DNA of 64,000 bases from a bacterium (GTDB taxonomy: Bacteria > Patescibacteriota > Saccharimonadia > CAILAD01 > JADZBC01). The translations under genes and the position numbers were made by a program. Location of the stretch: NCBI GenBank assembly GCA_020852295.1, contig JADZBC010000009.1:7081-71080 (forward strand), given 5' to 3'. Positions 35,427-44,928 of this stretch are shown here, one piece after another (position 1 is the stretch's first letter; each line of letters begins with the position of its first letter). A model generated the notes under the pieces. That model had not been told where the DNA came from, ran no database searches, and saw only the letters and a list, made by a program, of their open reading frames with translations.

Positions 35427-38400
35427 CCCTACGATGCCCAAGCCAACTGGCGGAAATAGGCCCAAACCAAACCCGCGACCCCAAGGTCAAACTGGTGGAA
35501 GCCAAAGTAGCGGATTTCGGCCAATGCAGAGTGAGCGTATGGGCCCGACAAAAAATGCCGCCAGGCAAGCCGGTGCACCGGTAGTAGACAAGGATCTAAA
35601 GGAGGGACTCCATGCCGAAACAAGGGCTGAGCGAGCTCAAGCTCGACAGGACCTTACAAAACGCGTTGAGCATGCTCGAGGTGGTGCTGCGGGTAAAGTA
35701 GCAGCAGCTAGGCAGGGTGGCACAAAAGAGGCTGCCGTTGAAGCTGGCAGGCAGGCGGCCGTAAAGGGATTTGAGAAGGGCGCCCAGTACGCGGCCGACG
35801 CCGCAACTGGTGGCGCAGCCGAAGCTGTAAGGCCAGTAATCAAGGCGGCCGCTAAGGCACTGGAATGGCTTTCGCGCAACAAGCGCTGGCTCAAGATCGG
35901 TGCGGTCCTGATATCGCCACTCATTTTCGTATTTCTATTAATCATATGGATTATTAGCGACCCTTTTGGATCAATTTCAAAAATTGGCTACACCGCGTTT
36001 AATGCCTTCAAAACTGCAGCTGGAGCAGCAATATCTGGTGCAGGATTTAGTGCCGAACTGACCATCAATGACCTCAATGAACAAATGAAGTCAGTGGCAG
36101 CAACCAATAGTGCAGGAATTATGCCGGAAGAGGGTACGATAGCATACAAACTCCTACAGATAGACGCAGAAAAAATTCAGACTAGCTCATACAATCCTGG
36201 AATACCCTTTAAGATTGAAACCAAAAAAATCAATGGTCCTGACGGAAGGTCGTATACCGTCATGGATAAGGTCGTAAATACAAACAGCGGATCGTCGATT
36301 AGCATTAAAGACGCCGCTAGCCCGACAGGCCCAATCGGCCAGAAAAACATTGTGGCCGCAGTATTGTCTCAGAAAATCCCAATCATGCAGTTTATGATCC
36401 GCCAGCCAGCGACGAGAAAATTAAACAAAGCACCAGACCTTGGGCTTGCGCTAAACTATGGCGAGAACAAAGATAATCAAAATGCAAATCTTAATCGGCC
36501 ATACGAAGAGCTTCAAAAGTTCCTAAAGGAAAAAACGTATAAACGCGTGCGTGGCTCCAGCATTACTCTGCCGACAGTAGGTGTTGTAGGTTCAGATGAG
36601 TCAAAATTAGTCACTCAAAAAATCGTCGATTCGATTAAAAAGGTTCAAGATGACATCGTAAAGGATTACGAGCCTTCGAAACTACAAATAGAGCTGCCAT
36701 ATGATCAATTTGGTCAAGAGCGCTTATCGCCAAAGCGAATAAGCAATACATTGTGTGCGTTCCAGGAAATTCTGCTGGATCCAAAGAATATTGCTAGTGC
36801 AGTAGAGAGTCGAGCAAATGCTGCTAGGCGTGATGGTGCAAAATTTATGACACTGAAAGACACTCATAATAAGGCAGCACTAGACACTAATGAGCTGAAG
36901 TTTAGTATTCAACAGATGGCTGACTACACAAAAAGTATGTCCTACCAGAGAATTGTATATGGCCGACTTTCGGGCGAGGCAGTTGATCCTGATGGGATTG
37001 GTCAGGCTGCTATGTCTATCACGCGAGAAAAGTATGACGCTAGCGCACAAACAATACTCCAAAATATGTCTGACACCTGCGGAACATTGCGCTACCTCGA
37101 CCAGCGAAGGGCCGATGAGGCTGCGGACGCGAGTGTCTGGTCGGATGAAAGTCCTAACAACTTTATCCGTACATACTATCGGGAAATCCGCACCGCAAAT
37201 GTTACTGTGCAGGATATACAGAGCTATTATGTTGAATATAGAGACAGTCCAACCTGCGATCCCCTGCGACCAAATAGTGACAGTAGTGATAAGGTTCGTT
37301 GTGCTGTTTATTCCTTTAGAATCGCAATCCTACGAAACTACTTCAACAAATTTCAGCAAGAGATATATCGTGGAAGCCAAAAATACTACACTAGCCCCGA
37401 GAAGGTAACACCCGAAGACATTACTACTCGACTTATTAAGATTGGCGCTGGGGTATCTACTACCGGCCTCGAGGATGGCAATCAAAATTTTTCACGAGCT
37501 ATACAGGGATTAAACCAGTTAAACTACGACTACAGTATGGTATACGGTGGTAGATTTTTGACAGATGCAGAAAATGACCAGAATGCAAAAGAGCTTGCCG
37601 AATTACGTGACTGGCAAACCAAAAACTACGGCATAGCATACCGGGTCTTTAATACCGATAATGTCAGTTCTATAGCTAGCCGGTTGATGCAGCACACCCC
37701 ACCTGAACCAAAACGCGCAATAGCCTGGATGTTCGGAAGTATATTGAAAGCGATAATTAACCCCATACGTACTTTTGCCACGATAGATGGTGCTGCCAAC
37801 TATGTGCTCAAAGGGGAACAAAATATTGCGATGGCCGCAGACCAAGCGGTTTACAATGATGCCCGATACAATAAAGCCAGTCCTGTCGGCTTCACTAAGC
37901 AGGAAACCTCAATCGACTGGAAAAACAATGCAAAGTTTATTGAGGCACTGAAGAAAAATAAAACGCAAGTAGTTGATCCTGACCCACTCGTAAATGGCGC
38001 AAAGGTTGACGCCAATACACTCTTTAGTAAATGGGACAACTGTTTCACCTCGAAGATTACATCGGAAATATATTTTGACGACAATTACCTAGCGGCGCTA
38101 AATTTTGGTGCCAATCTTCCCGAGATTCCTCAGCAAGAGAGAGATGAGTTTAAGCGTAAGTATGAACTCTTTAGTGGCTGTAAACCACTGCTGAGTAGTG
38201 CATCAAATAATATTAACTCGCTCCAAGTACAGTATCGCGTTTACCGTTTTCGATCTCTAGTATTGGACAGCCTAGTAACCCTGAGTAACGACGAGGAAGA
38301 TAAAAATCTCGACGCAAATGGCGACCAGGGTGCGACGCCCTCAACAAGCGCCGGGCCAGGGGGTCCAAGTGGTGTTAATGGACTTCAGAGCCCACCAAAC

Positions 38401-38904
38401 CTAGGAGCAGCAGATAGTCAGGGCTATTATCGTTTACCTCCATCCGCTGATGGCTCATACAGAACATATAGTACGCCTGGTGAGCAATGTGGTAGCCTTG
38501 CACTCATCCAAACACTCTATACAGTCTCGCAGGCCTGGAAGGCAAGATTTGGAGGCAATCTCTACATCGGAGACCTCAACGCCTCCGGCCACAAAAGTCA
38601 CCGCAACGGCGTAGATGTTGACCTTATTGCAATAGCGGGTGACGGCAGCCGGGCAGCCGACTACTCTCGCGGTGGTTATTCTAGAGATAAGACGATCGAA
38701 CTAGGAAAGATGTTCGTAGATACTGGTATCGTCACGGATATCGGATACCAAGATGGGCAGGCAGGGTCGGCTATTGATGCTTACTATAGGGAGAAGGGAC
38801 AGGGTAGTAGTGTGGTAAGGCCTTGGTCAGGGCACGATGACCACTTCCATGTGCGAATAAAGGATGAATTTAGAGGACCAAGGAGTGAGCGCTGTGCAAA
38901 CTAA
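35419..38904 (+). CDS. Large membrane-anchored protein with C-terminal MepA-like Zn murein endopeptidase
   Basis: One TM helix; HKSHRNGVDVD and HDDHFH (LAS-family HxxxxxxD / HxH). Confidence 0.75.
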   Translation: MASPTMPKPTGGNRPKPNPRPQGQTGGSQSSGFRPMQSERMGPTKNAARQAGAPVVDKDLKEGLHAETRAERAQARQDLTKRVEHARGGAAGKVAAARQGGTKEAAVEAGRQAAVKGFEKGAQYAADAATGGAAEAVRPVIKAAAKALEWLSRNKRWLKIGAVLISPLIFVFLLIIWIISDPFGSISKIGYTAFNAFKTAAGAAISGAGFSAELTINDLNEQMKSVAATNSAGIMPEEGTIAYKLLQIDAEKIQTSSYNPGIPFKIETKKINGPDGRSYTVMDKVVNTNSGSSISIKDAASPTGPIGQKNIVAAVLSQKIPIMQFMIRQPATRKLNKAPDLGLALNYGENKDNQNANLNRPYEELQKFLKEKTYKRVRGSSITLPTVGVVGSDESKLVTQKIVDSIKKVQDDIVKDYEPSKLQIELPYDQFGQERLSPKRISNTLCAFQEILLDPKNIASAVESRANAARRDGAKFMTLKDTHNKAALDTNELKFSIQQMADYTKSMSYQRIVYGRLSGEAVDPDGIGQAAMSITREKYDASAQTILQNMSDTCGTLRYLDQRRADEAADASVWSDESPNNFIRTYYREIRTANVTVQDIQSYYVEYRDSPTCDPLRPNSDSSDKVRCAVYSFRIAILRNYFNKFQQEIYRGSQKYYTSPEKVTPEDITTRLIKIGAGVSTTGLEDGNQNFSRAIQGLNQLNYDYSMVYGGRFLTDAENDQNAKELAELRDWQTKNYGIAYRVFNTDNVSSIASRLMQHTPPEPKRAIAWMFGSILKAIINPIRTFATIDGAANYVLKGEQNIAMAADQAVYNDARYNKASPVGFTKQETSIDWKNNAKFIEALKKNKTQVVDPDPLVNGAKVDANTLFSKWDNCFTSKITSEIYFDDNYLAALNFGANLPEIPQQERDEFKRKYELFSGCKPLLSSASNNINSLQVQYRVYRFRSLVLDSLVTLSNDEEDKNLDANGDQGATPSTSAGPGGPSGVNGLQSPPNLGAADSQGYYRLPPSADGSYRTYSTPGEQCGSLALIQTLYTVSQAWKARFGGNLYIGDLNASGHKSHRNGVDVDLIAIAGDGSRAADYSRGGYSRDKTIELGKMFVDTGIVTDIGYQDGQAGSAIDAYYREKGQGSSVVRPWSGHDDHFHVRIKDEFRGPRSERCAN

Positions 38905-40906
38905 AAGTAAACTATTTTCTACCGCCAGTATTGCTGTTTTCATAATTTCTTTACTCCTGCAGCCCCTAAACACACTCGCCGCAAGTCCAGAACAGCGCAT
39001 TAATATCGAGCGTCGGCCCTGGTTTGACCCTACAGACATCGCCTGCACAAATACAACCGCTCCAGGCACAAACCAGTCTACAGTACAGCCGGGTCCAATA
39101 TATATCGTCGGCGACTCAGTGATGGATGGTGCAAAATCTAAGGTCGAGCCAACTATTACAGCAGCGGGTTGGCAGCCTAAATTCAACACTCTTGTATCGA
39201 GAAAGCTTAGCGGAACACCACCAAATCCTGATGGTTTTGGCGCTATTGCGCTTGATGGTGATTTTATAAAAACTGCAAAAGCTGTTGTGATCGAGCTTGG
39301 CACTAACCCTTCATCGGAATTCAGTAAAAAAGTACCTGAGTTTGTACAAGCAATAAAACAGCTAAATTCAGCCGTAACTATCTACTGGATTGATACGGCG
39401 AGCCCCGGTAGATCGGATTTTCAAAACCACATCAAAAACGCCAATACCGCTATCTATAACAACTCGACATCTTCGGGTTATAAAGTAATATCTTGGTTTA
39501 AGAAAGTGTTTGGAGATTCTTCTGATCCTCTCAACCCATCATCCACCGCACCAGACACCGGTAAGCTTATTTCGACAGCCGATGGGCTCAACGTTCACCC
39601 TACTGACGCAGGGAAGCAAGCAATGGCTGATATTGTGTTGCAGAATATCGGAGGACAAACTCCGGCACAAGCCGCCATTGCAATGAACACTCGAACCAAG
39701 GCGATTATCGACAGTCAGCTAAAAATACTAGCTGCTGACACCGGTCAGGCCAACACAGCACCAATTGCAGTCCCAGAACCATACGCCTCAATTTTCCCAA
39801 AGGCCGCTGCTCGACACGGCACAGACCCGATATTTCTCGCTACAATTTTTCTCGCTGAGCACGGCGGAGGATTCCCTAATCCGCCACCGCCATACGGTAC
39901 AGGTGGCCGCTGGGCAACGTCAAACAAGGGTGCTAATGGTCCATTTCAGTTTCTCGTGAGTACTTGGGCGGGTAAAAAACAAGATGCCGACAGAATGACT
40001 GTCAAGAAATTCAACTCGAACGAAACAATCGAGGTTGGTGGAGATGGTACAACAGACATTCAGGATCTAGCCGACGCCGCCTTTGGTGCAGCGCAATACC
40101 TTGCCGAGGCAGGTGGAAAAGTGGGGACCCCACTTGGTGATACCGTTAACCCTATGGCCGAGAACACACTTACCTCCGCTATGGTTGCATACAATGCAGG
40201 TGGTGGAAATCTTAACAAATGGAGGAGATGCGGAACCTCGCTGTCCTGTATCGGTGCAGCCGAGACTAGGAAATATGTAACAAATGGAGTGAACTACTAC
40301 CAGCGTCTTGGTGGACAGCTAAACGTTGATCCGGGTGCCACCACTACAAATCAAACCTGTAGCGATGGCTCGAGCACAACTCCTGGCGGCGGGCTCGGTG
40401 TATCTGCTGATGGCTTTGTATTTCCATTGAAAACCACTAAAGCAGTTATCCGGCAAGGAGCAGATGGCGCCGTATGGTGTATACAGGCCCAGAATAATTG
40501 CCACCATGATTACAATGCGGCGGACATTCATGCGCCAACCGGAACGATTGTAGTTGCTGCGAGAGGTGGGACTGTCTTAAGTACGAGAACTGAGGTTAAT
40601 TATGAAAACGGCAATACGCTCCGCATACAGGGTGATGATGGACTTTGGTATTATTACGCACATATGGGGGATGGGACACTGAAGGTGAAAAAGGGCGATA
40701 AGGTGACTGCAGGCCAAGAACTAGGAGCAGTAGGAACTTCAGCAGATGCTCAGGGAACGGCACCACACCTACACTTCGATATTGCAGACCACGAAAATGG
40801 CTTCTCCCGAGGACGTGGCGGTGCATGCGGATTCGAGTGCCAAAACTACCTCATCAATCCACAGCCTGTATTAATTGCAGCATTTGCTAAGTTACCGGAG
40901 AACTAG
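38894..40906 (+). CDS. Secreted SGNH + lytic-transglycosylase-like + M23 peptidase fusion
   Basis: GDSV..GTN..DGLNVHP; AEHG..GPFQF..AYNAG; HHDYNAADI..YAHM..HLHF; GTG 38894 follows AGGAG. Confidence 0.8.
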   Translation: MQTKSKLFSTASIAVFIISLLLQPLNTLAASPEQRINIERRPWFDPTDIACTNTTAPGTNQSTVQPGPIYIVGDSVMDGAKSKVEPTITAAGWQPKFNTLVSRKLSGTPPNPDGFGAIALDGDFIKTAKAVVIELGTNPSSEFSKKVPEFVQAIKQLNSAVTIYWIDTASPGRSDFQNHIKNANTAIYNNSTSSGYKVISWFKKVFGDSSDPLNPSSTAPDTGKLISTADGLNVHPTDAGKQAMADIVLQNIGGQTPAQAAIAMNTRTKAIIDSQLKILAADTGQANTAPIAVPEPYASIFPKAAARHGTDPIFLATIFLAEHGGGFPNPPPPYGTGGRWATSNKGANGPFQFLVSTWAGKKQDADRMTVKKFNSNETIEVGGDGTTDIQDLADAAFGAAQYLAEAGGKVGTPLGDTVNPMAENTLTSAMVAYNAGGGNLNKWRRCGTSLSCIGAAETRKYVTNGVNYYQRLGGQLNVDPGATTTNQTCSDGSSTTPGGGLGVSADGFVFPLKTTKAVIRQGADGAVWCIQAQNNCHHDYNAADIHAPTGTIVVAARGGTVLSTRTEVNYENGNTLRIQGDDGLWYYYAHMGDGTLKVKKGDKVTAGQELGAVGTSADAQGTAPHLHFDIADHENGFSRGRGGACGFECQNYLINPQPVLIAAFAKLPEN

Positions 40907-40907
40907 T

Positions 40908-42188
40908 ATGAACCAACAACAAGAACGCAGGAAGCTAATCATTTATACCGTCCTTACAGTCGCTGCGATCCTCGCGATTTACTGGATTATCCAATTTCTT
41001 ACAACTGGTGAACTTAAAGTCACAACAAGCAATAAATCAGCGGAAATAAACATCATTGACCCCGCCACCGGCAAAGTAAGTCAATTTGTGGGCAAAGGCA
41101 GCGGGAGTATCCGCCTCAAGCCTGGTACCTATACAGTTGAGGCAAAACTAGATGACCGGATAACGCGAACTGGATTCGAAATAGTGACATCTAAGACAAC
41201 AAGTAAGAATTTACAGATTACAGACATTAAGTCTCCTAATCAGTTTTTGTACTACTCAGCAAGTCATCTTCATGCTAAAGATAACATACTCTATTTTAGA
41301 AACGATTCTACCAGGGAGTTTAATAAATTCAACTCTTCTGAATCAGAGCCAACCGTAGTCGAGGAGAGTTTACCAGAGATAAGCACAATCCACTGGGCTA
41401 CTGGGGGCAACCTCGCGCTGCTTGAGACATCAGATAATATTTTTTATTACTTCGAGGATGGAAAAATCCGAGTAGTAGATATAAGTGCACCTAATGGCTT
41501 GCTCTATCCGGACAGCAGCAAACCAGACGAAGCCGAAGAAAGTGACGTTAATAGCCAGATTCTACATGCACAGGTGAATGAACTTGGGGCATTTGCCTTC
41601 ATTGAAGAAGGAAAAGTTTTTTACAAACCAAGCCTGGCGGAGAAGGCTAAGCTTGTTACGAATAGGCAGCTACTGAGCGATTCTATACTCGAACTTTCTA
41701 ACAAAGGGTTAATAGCTTTAGTAACATACGAATCACTGGGGCAGGAAAATATCACTTCTAAGGACATCTCAAAGCGAGCAATAGAAATATACAATTCTAA
41801 GAACAACGAAAAAACAACCTTGTCGACAAAGGAAATTCCTGGATTTATGAGTTGGTCACCTGGCGGCGATAAGTTGGTCTATTCAGACGGACAAAACATC
41901 ATGCTTTACAACGATAACGATAAGTCAACCAAAATTGCCTTAGGTAATCGTGGGGAGCTCTCTACATTCATAAGTTGGATCAACGATGATACTATGATTT
42001 TTCCAGACAAAACTAGCCTATGGAAGTACGAGGTTGCTAGCAACACAACAACTAAGATAGCAAATATCCCTGCCGGTATGCTTGTTCAATCTCTCGGTGT
42101 CGATAGCAACGAAAAAACAGTTTTTCTTAGCACTAAGCCAAACTCTCGGTTCGACGCCTTCGGCAATGTCTACCGACTCGATCTCTAG
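40908..42188 (+). CDS. Membrane-anchored PEGA-like plus beta-propeller protein
   Basis: N-terminal TM, LKPGTYTVEA, WSPGGDKLVY-type blades. Confidence 0.65.
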   Translation: MNQQQERRKLIIYTVLTVAAILAIYWIIQFLTTGELKVTTSNKSAEINIIDPATGKVSQFVGKGSGSIRLKPGTYTVEAKLDDRITRTGFEIVTSKTTSKNLQITDIKSPNQFLYYSASHLHAKDNILYFRNDSTREFNKFNSSESEPTVVEESLPEISTIHWATGGNLALLETSDNIFYYFEDGKIRVVDISAPNGLLYPDSSKPDEAEESDVNSQILHAQVNELGAFAFIEEGKVFYKPSLAEKAKLVTNRQLLSDSILELSNKGLIALVTYESLGQENITSKDISKRAIEIYNSKNNEKTTLSTKEIPGFMSWSPGGDKLVYSDGQNIMLYNDNDKSTKIALGNRGELSTFISWINDDTMIFPDKTSLWKYEVASNTTTKIANIPAGMLVQSLGVDSNEKTVFLSTKPNSRFDAFGNVYRLDL

Positions 42189-42457
42189 CGCACACTCACG
42201 GCGATAAAGCGTACACCTTCGACACCGCGTTTTGTAATCTCTTTAAGGATATCCTGCGCGGCATGCCGCAGTTCACTCGCAGCCGCGGCGTCCTCGGTCG
42301 CAATCTTAATGACCCCATTCTTGTAGCTAACTACTCGTACCTCAATGCGAAGCATATCAACAATCGCAAGTTTTACCTCGGTCATGACGTCAAGCTTCTG
42401 CATGCCAAGACTATCGGCACGCCGACTCAGTATGTCCTTGATGTCATCCATGGCCAA
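42185..42457 (-). CDS. dciA: DciA/DUF721-like helicase loader
   Basis: Small protein right after recF; VVSYKNGVIKI...AASELR pattern. Confidence 0.6.
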   Translation of the reverse strand: MAMDDIKDILSRRADSLGMQKLDVMTEVKLAIVDMLRIEVRVVSYKNGVIKIATEDAAAASELRHAAQDILKEITKRGVEGVRFIAVSVR

Positions 42458-43517
42458 CCCCGCTCAAATCGATCACCTGAATATCCATATTGCTCATCCC
42501 ATCAAGCTCGGTTGCAGTGATGAATGTTTGTTGTTGCCCAACGATAGCTATGAGATGCTGTCGGCGGCGCTCATCGAGCTCGCTAAATACATCATCCAGA
42601 AGAAGGGTAGGGCGCTGTAAAGTCTTCGCCTGCATATATTCAATCTCAGAGAGCTTCATTGCCAAAATAAGCGTTCTCATTTCGCCGCGTGACACGATTT
42701 CGACAACCGGCCGATTGTCGCGCAGAATACTAAAATCATCACGATGTGGTCCCAAAGTACTAAAACCGGCCGCCACGTCGCGTACATGGGCCCTGCGCAG
42801 CTCTGAGAGGTATTCATTGTCCATGCTTACACTCGGCCGATACTCCAAAACAAACTCATGGGTAAGGTTTGCGATGCGACCATACTCGCCATTGAGCTGG
42901 TCGGCCATAGTCTTAAGGAAGTCAGCTCGAGTAACCATAAGGTGTTGTGCTGGTTCAGCCAGCTGCACATCAAAAACAAAAAGCTGATCTGACAGACTCG
43001 CATCGTCTGCTCGACCATATTTTTTAGCTTGATGGAGGAGACTGTTGCGCTGCTTAAGTATGCGCCGATAGAGCGATAACTGCTTCATATAGGCGCGATC
43101 GACTTGCGATAATATCGTATCCAAATAGCGTCGGCGCTGACTTGGCCCATCATAGAGAAGCGACAGATCCCTGGGCTCAAAAAGAACTACCGGATGACGG
43201 CCAACTAAGTATGAAAGAGGTTTTTTAACATCACCCAGTAGAGCTGTCTTGTGGTGACTGTCGCCAGTAACAACATACCGAACCTCTGTCATTTCATCTT
43301 CATGCTGACAGCGAACCTTATAAAAATCAGCCTCAAAATTTACGAGTTCGGGATCGTGCGCTCGAAATGACTTTGTCGTAGCGCTTACATAGATCGATTC
43401 GAGTAGGTTAGTCTTGCCGACGGCATTTGGGCCAATAATCGCGACGATAGAGGATGTAAAATCAATACCAAAATCTTTGTAGGATCGAAAGTTGGTTAGC
43501 GCCAGATGCTTGATCAT
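42444..43517 (-). CDS. recF: DNA replication/repair protein RecF
   Basis: NFRSY, GPNAVGKTNLLE, GPHRDD, LLLDDVFSELD. Confidence 0.96.
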   Translation of the reverse strand: MIKHLALTNFRSYKDFGIDFTSSIVAIIGPNAVGKTNLLESIYVSATTKSFRAHDPELVNFEADFYKVRCQHEDEMTEVRYVVTGDSHHKTALLGDVKKPLSYLVGRHPVVLFEPRDLSLLYDGPSQRRRYLDTILSQVDRAYMKQLSLYRRILKQRNSLLHQAKKYGRADDASLSDQLFVFDVQLAEPAQHLMVTRADFLKTMADQLNGEYGRIANLTHEFVLEYRPSVSMDNEYLSELRRAHVRDVAAGFSTLGPHRDDFSILRDNRPVVEIVSRGEMRTLILAMKLSEIEYMQAKTLQRPTLLLDDVFSELDERRRQHLIAIVGQQQTFITATELDGMSNMDIQVIDLSGVGHG

Positions 43518-43523
43518 ACATGC

Positions 43524-44630
43524 CTAGCTACGTAGTGGCATAATAATGTGTCGATACGAGGTATCCTGTTCACCTTTGACAGGCGTGACAAGACAGGGGT
43601 TGAGCTTGCCTGAAATACCAAGTTTAACGGTCGGGGTTTTGACGACTGTCAATACATCAAGTAGGTATTTAGCATTGAGCGAGATTTCACCAGGATCACC
43701 AACGAGCTTGGTCTCGAGTGAAGATTGGTTTTCGCCAACCTGGGCGGCACTACTCGAAATTGACAGCTTGCCAGCCTCAAACGTCAGCTTGATCGTATTG
43801 GCAGTTTCTCGAGCAAAAAGACCTGCTACCTTAATCGTTGAGAGTAGTTCGGCCGTATCAACTACCGCTTCCGTCTCATTCTTATCAGGAATTATTTTTT
43901 TGTAATCAGGGAATTTACCCTCAATCAATCGAGAAACAAGCCGAATGTCGCCCATATTAAACTCTATCTCTGTCTCGGTTGCGCCAACTTCAACATCACC
44001 CTCGTACTGAGAGAGGATTCGAATGAGTTCGTTGACCGTCTTCGCCGGCACGATAAAATCAGCATCCGCCTTTTGCTCTTGCGTAAGGGCAACAACTGAT
44101 TCAGCGAGTCGATAGCTATCGGTCGCAGCTAATAGCAACTCTTTTCCGCGAACAGAGAAGACCACACCAGAAAGAACCGGTCGAGACTCATCAACAGCCG
44201 CCGCAAACCCCACCTGACTGAGCGCGGTGACGAGTGTTGCCGCTGGAAATGAAAGCGATGTGGTTGGCTTGATGACCGGCACATTCGGAAACTCTTCACT
44301 CGCAATCCCATTAATGGTTGACTCGAAGTTAGTCGTCTTGATGTGGAGGTTTTGTGCCGCCGCGTTGAGCAGTAGCTTGTCGCTGGGGAGGGAATTGATG
44401 AGCTCGGTCAGAAGGCGAGCAGGCACACTGAGGCTGCCATCAGTTTCAACCTTGGCACCTACCTGATAAACGATAGCTATTTCTAGATTTGTACCAATTA
44501 CTTCGAGTCGTCCCAAGTTTGCCTTGAGTAATACGTTAGAGAGTACGGCTAGGCTCGATCGATTACCTACTACACGACTCACCACGTTTAAGGCTTTACT
44601 TAAATTTTCTTGAATTACTGATACTTTCAT
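43524..44630 (-). CDS. dnaN: DNA polymerase III beta clamp
   Basis: ATDSYRLA, RLIEGKFPDY, IMPLR. Confidence 0.97.
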   Translation of the reverse strand: MKVSVIQENLSKALNVVSRVVGNRSSLAVLSNVLLKANLGRLEVIGTNLEIAIVYQVGAKVETDGSLSVPARLLTELINSLPSDKLLLNAAAQNLHIKTTNFESTINGIASEEFPNVPVIKPTTSLSFPAATLVTALSQVGFAAAVDESRPVLSGVVFSVRGKELLLAATDSYRLAESVVALTQEQKADADFIVPAKTVNELIRILSQYEGDVEVGATETEIEFNMGDIRLVSRLIEGKFPDYKKIIPDKNETEAVVDTAELLSTIKVAGLFARETANTIKLTFEAGKLSISSSAAQVGENQSSLETKLVGDPGEISLNAKYLLDVLTVVKTPTVKLGISGKLNPCLVTPVKGEQDTSYRHIIMPLRS

Positions 44631-44654
44631 ATTTATCCCCTCAAGCTATTGCTT

Positions 44655-44928
44655 ATTATAAGTTAATTAATAAATAGTAGTGATAGTAATAGTGTCTGTG
44701 GATAGCTTGGAAAAGTCGAAAAAACACTATGTTTATCGTTTGTTTTTGTTTTCTACACTGTGTACAAGCACTGCATACGAATATGTGTGTAAATGTATAA
44801 CTTGTGCATGTTTTGTGTTTTCATAATCTAGTGAGTCTGTCAATTGTGTTTATCTAGTGGAAAAACACACGGTTTTAAACAACTATTACACAACTTATCC
44901 ACCACTTAACCACAGGGCCTGTGTATAA
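44655..44928. other. oriC: AT-rich element, DnaA-trios and DnaA boxes
   Basis: TAG TAG TGA TAG TAA TAG (44675-44692) next to TGTGGATAG (44697-44705); boxes TTATCCACC 44895, TTAACCACA 44906, TGTGTATAA 44920. Confidence 0.85.
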
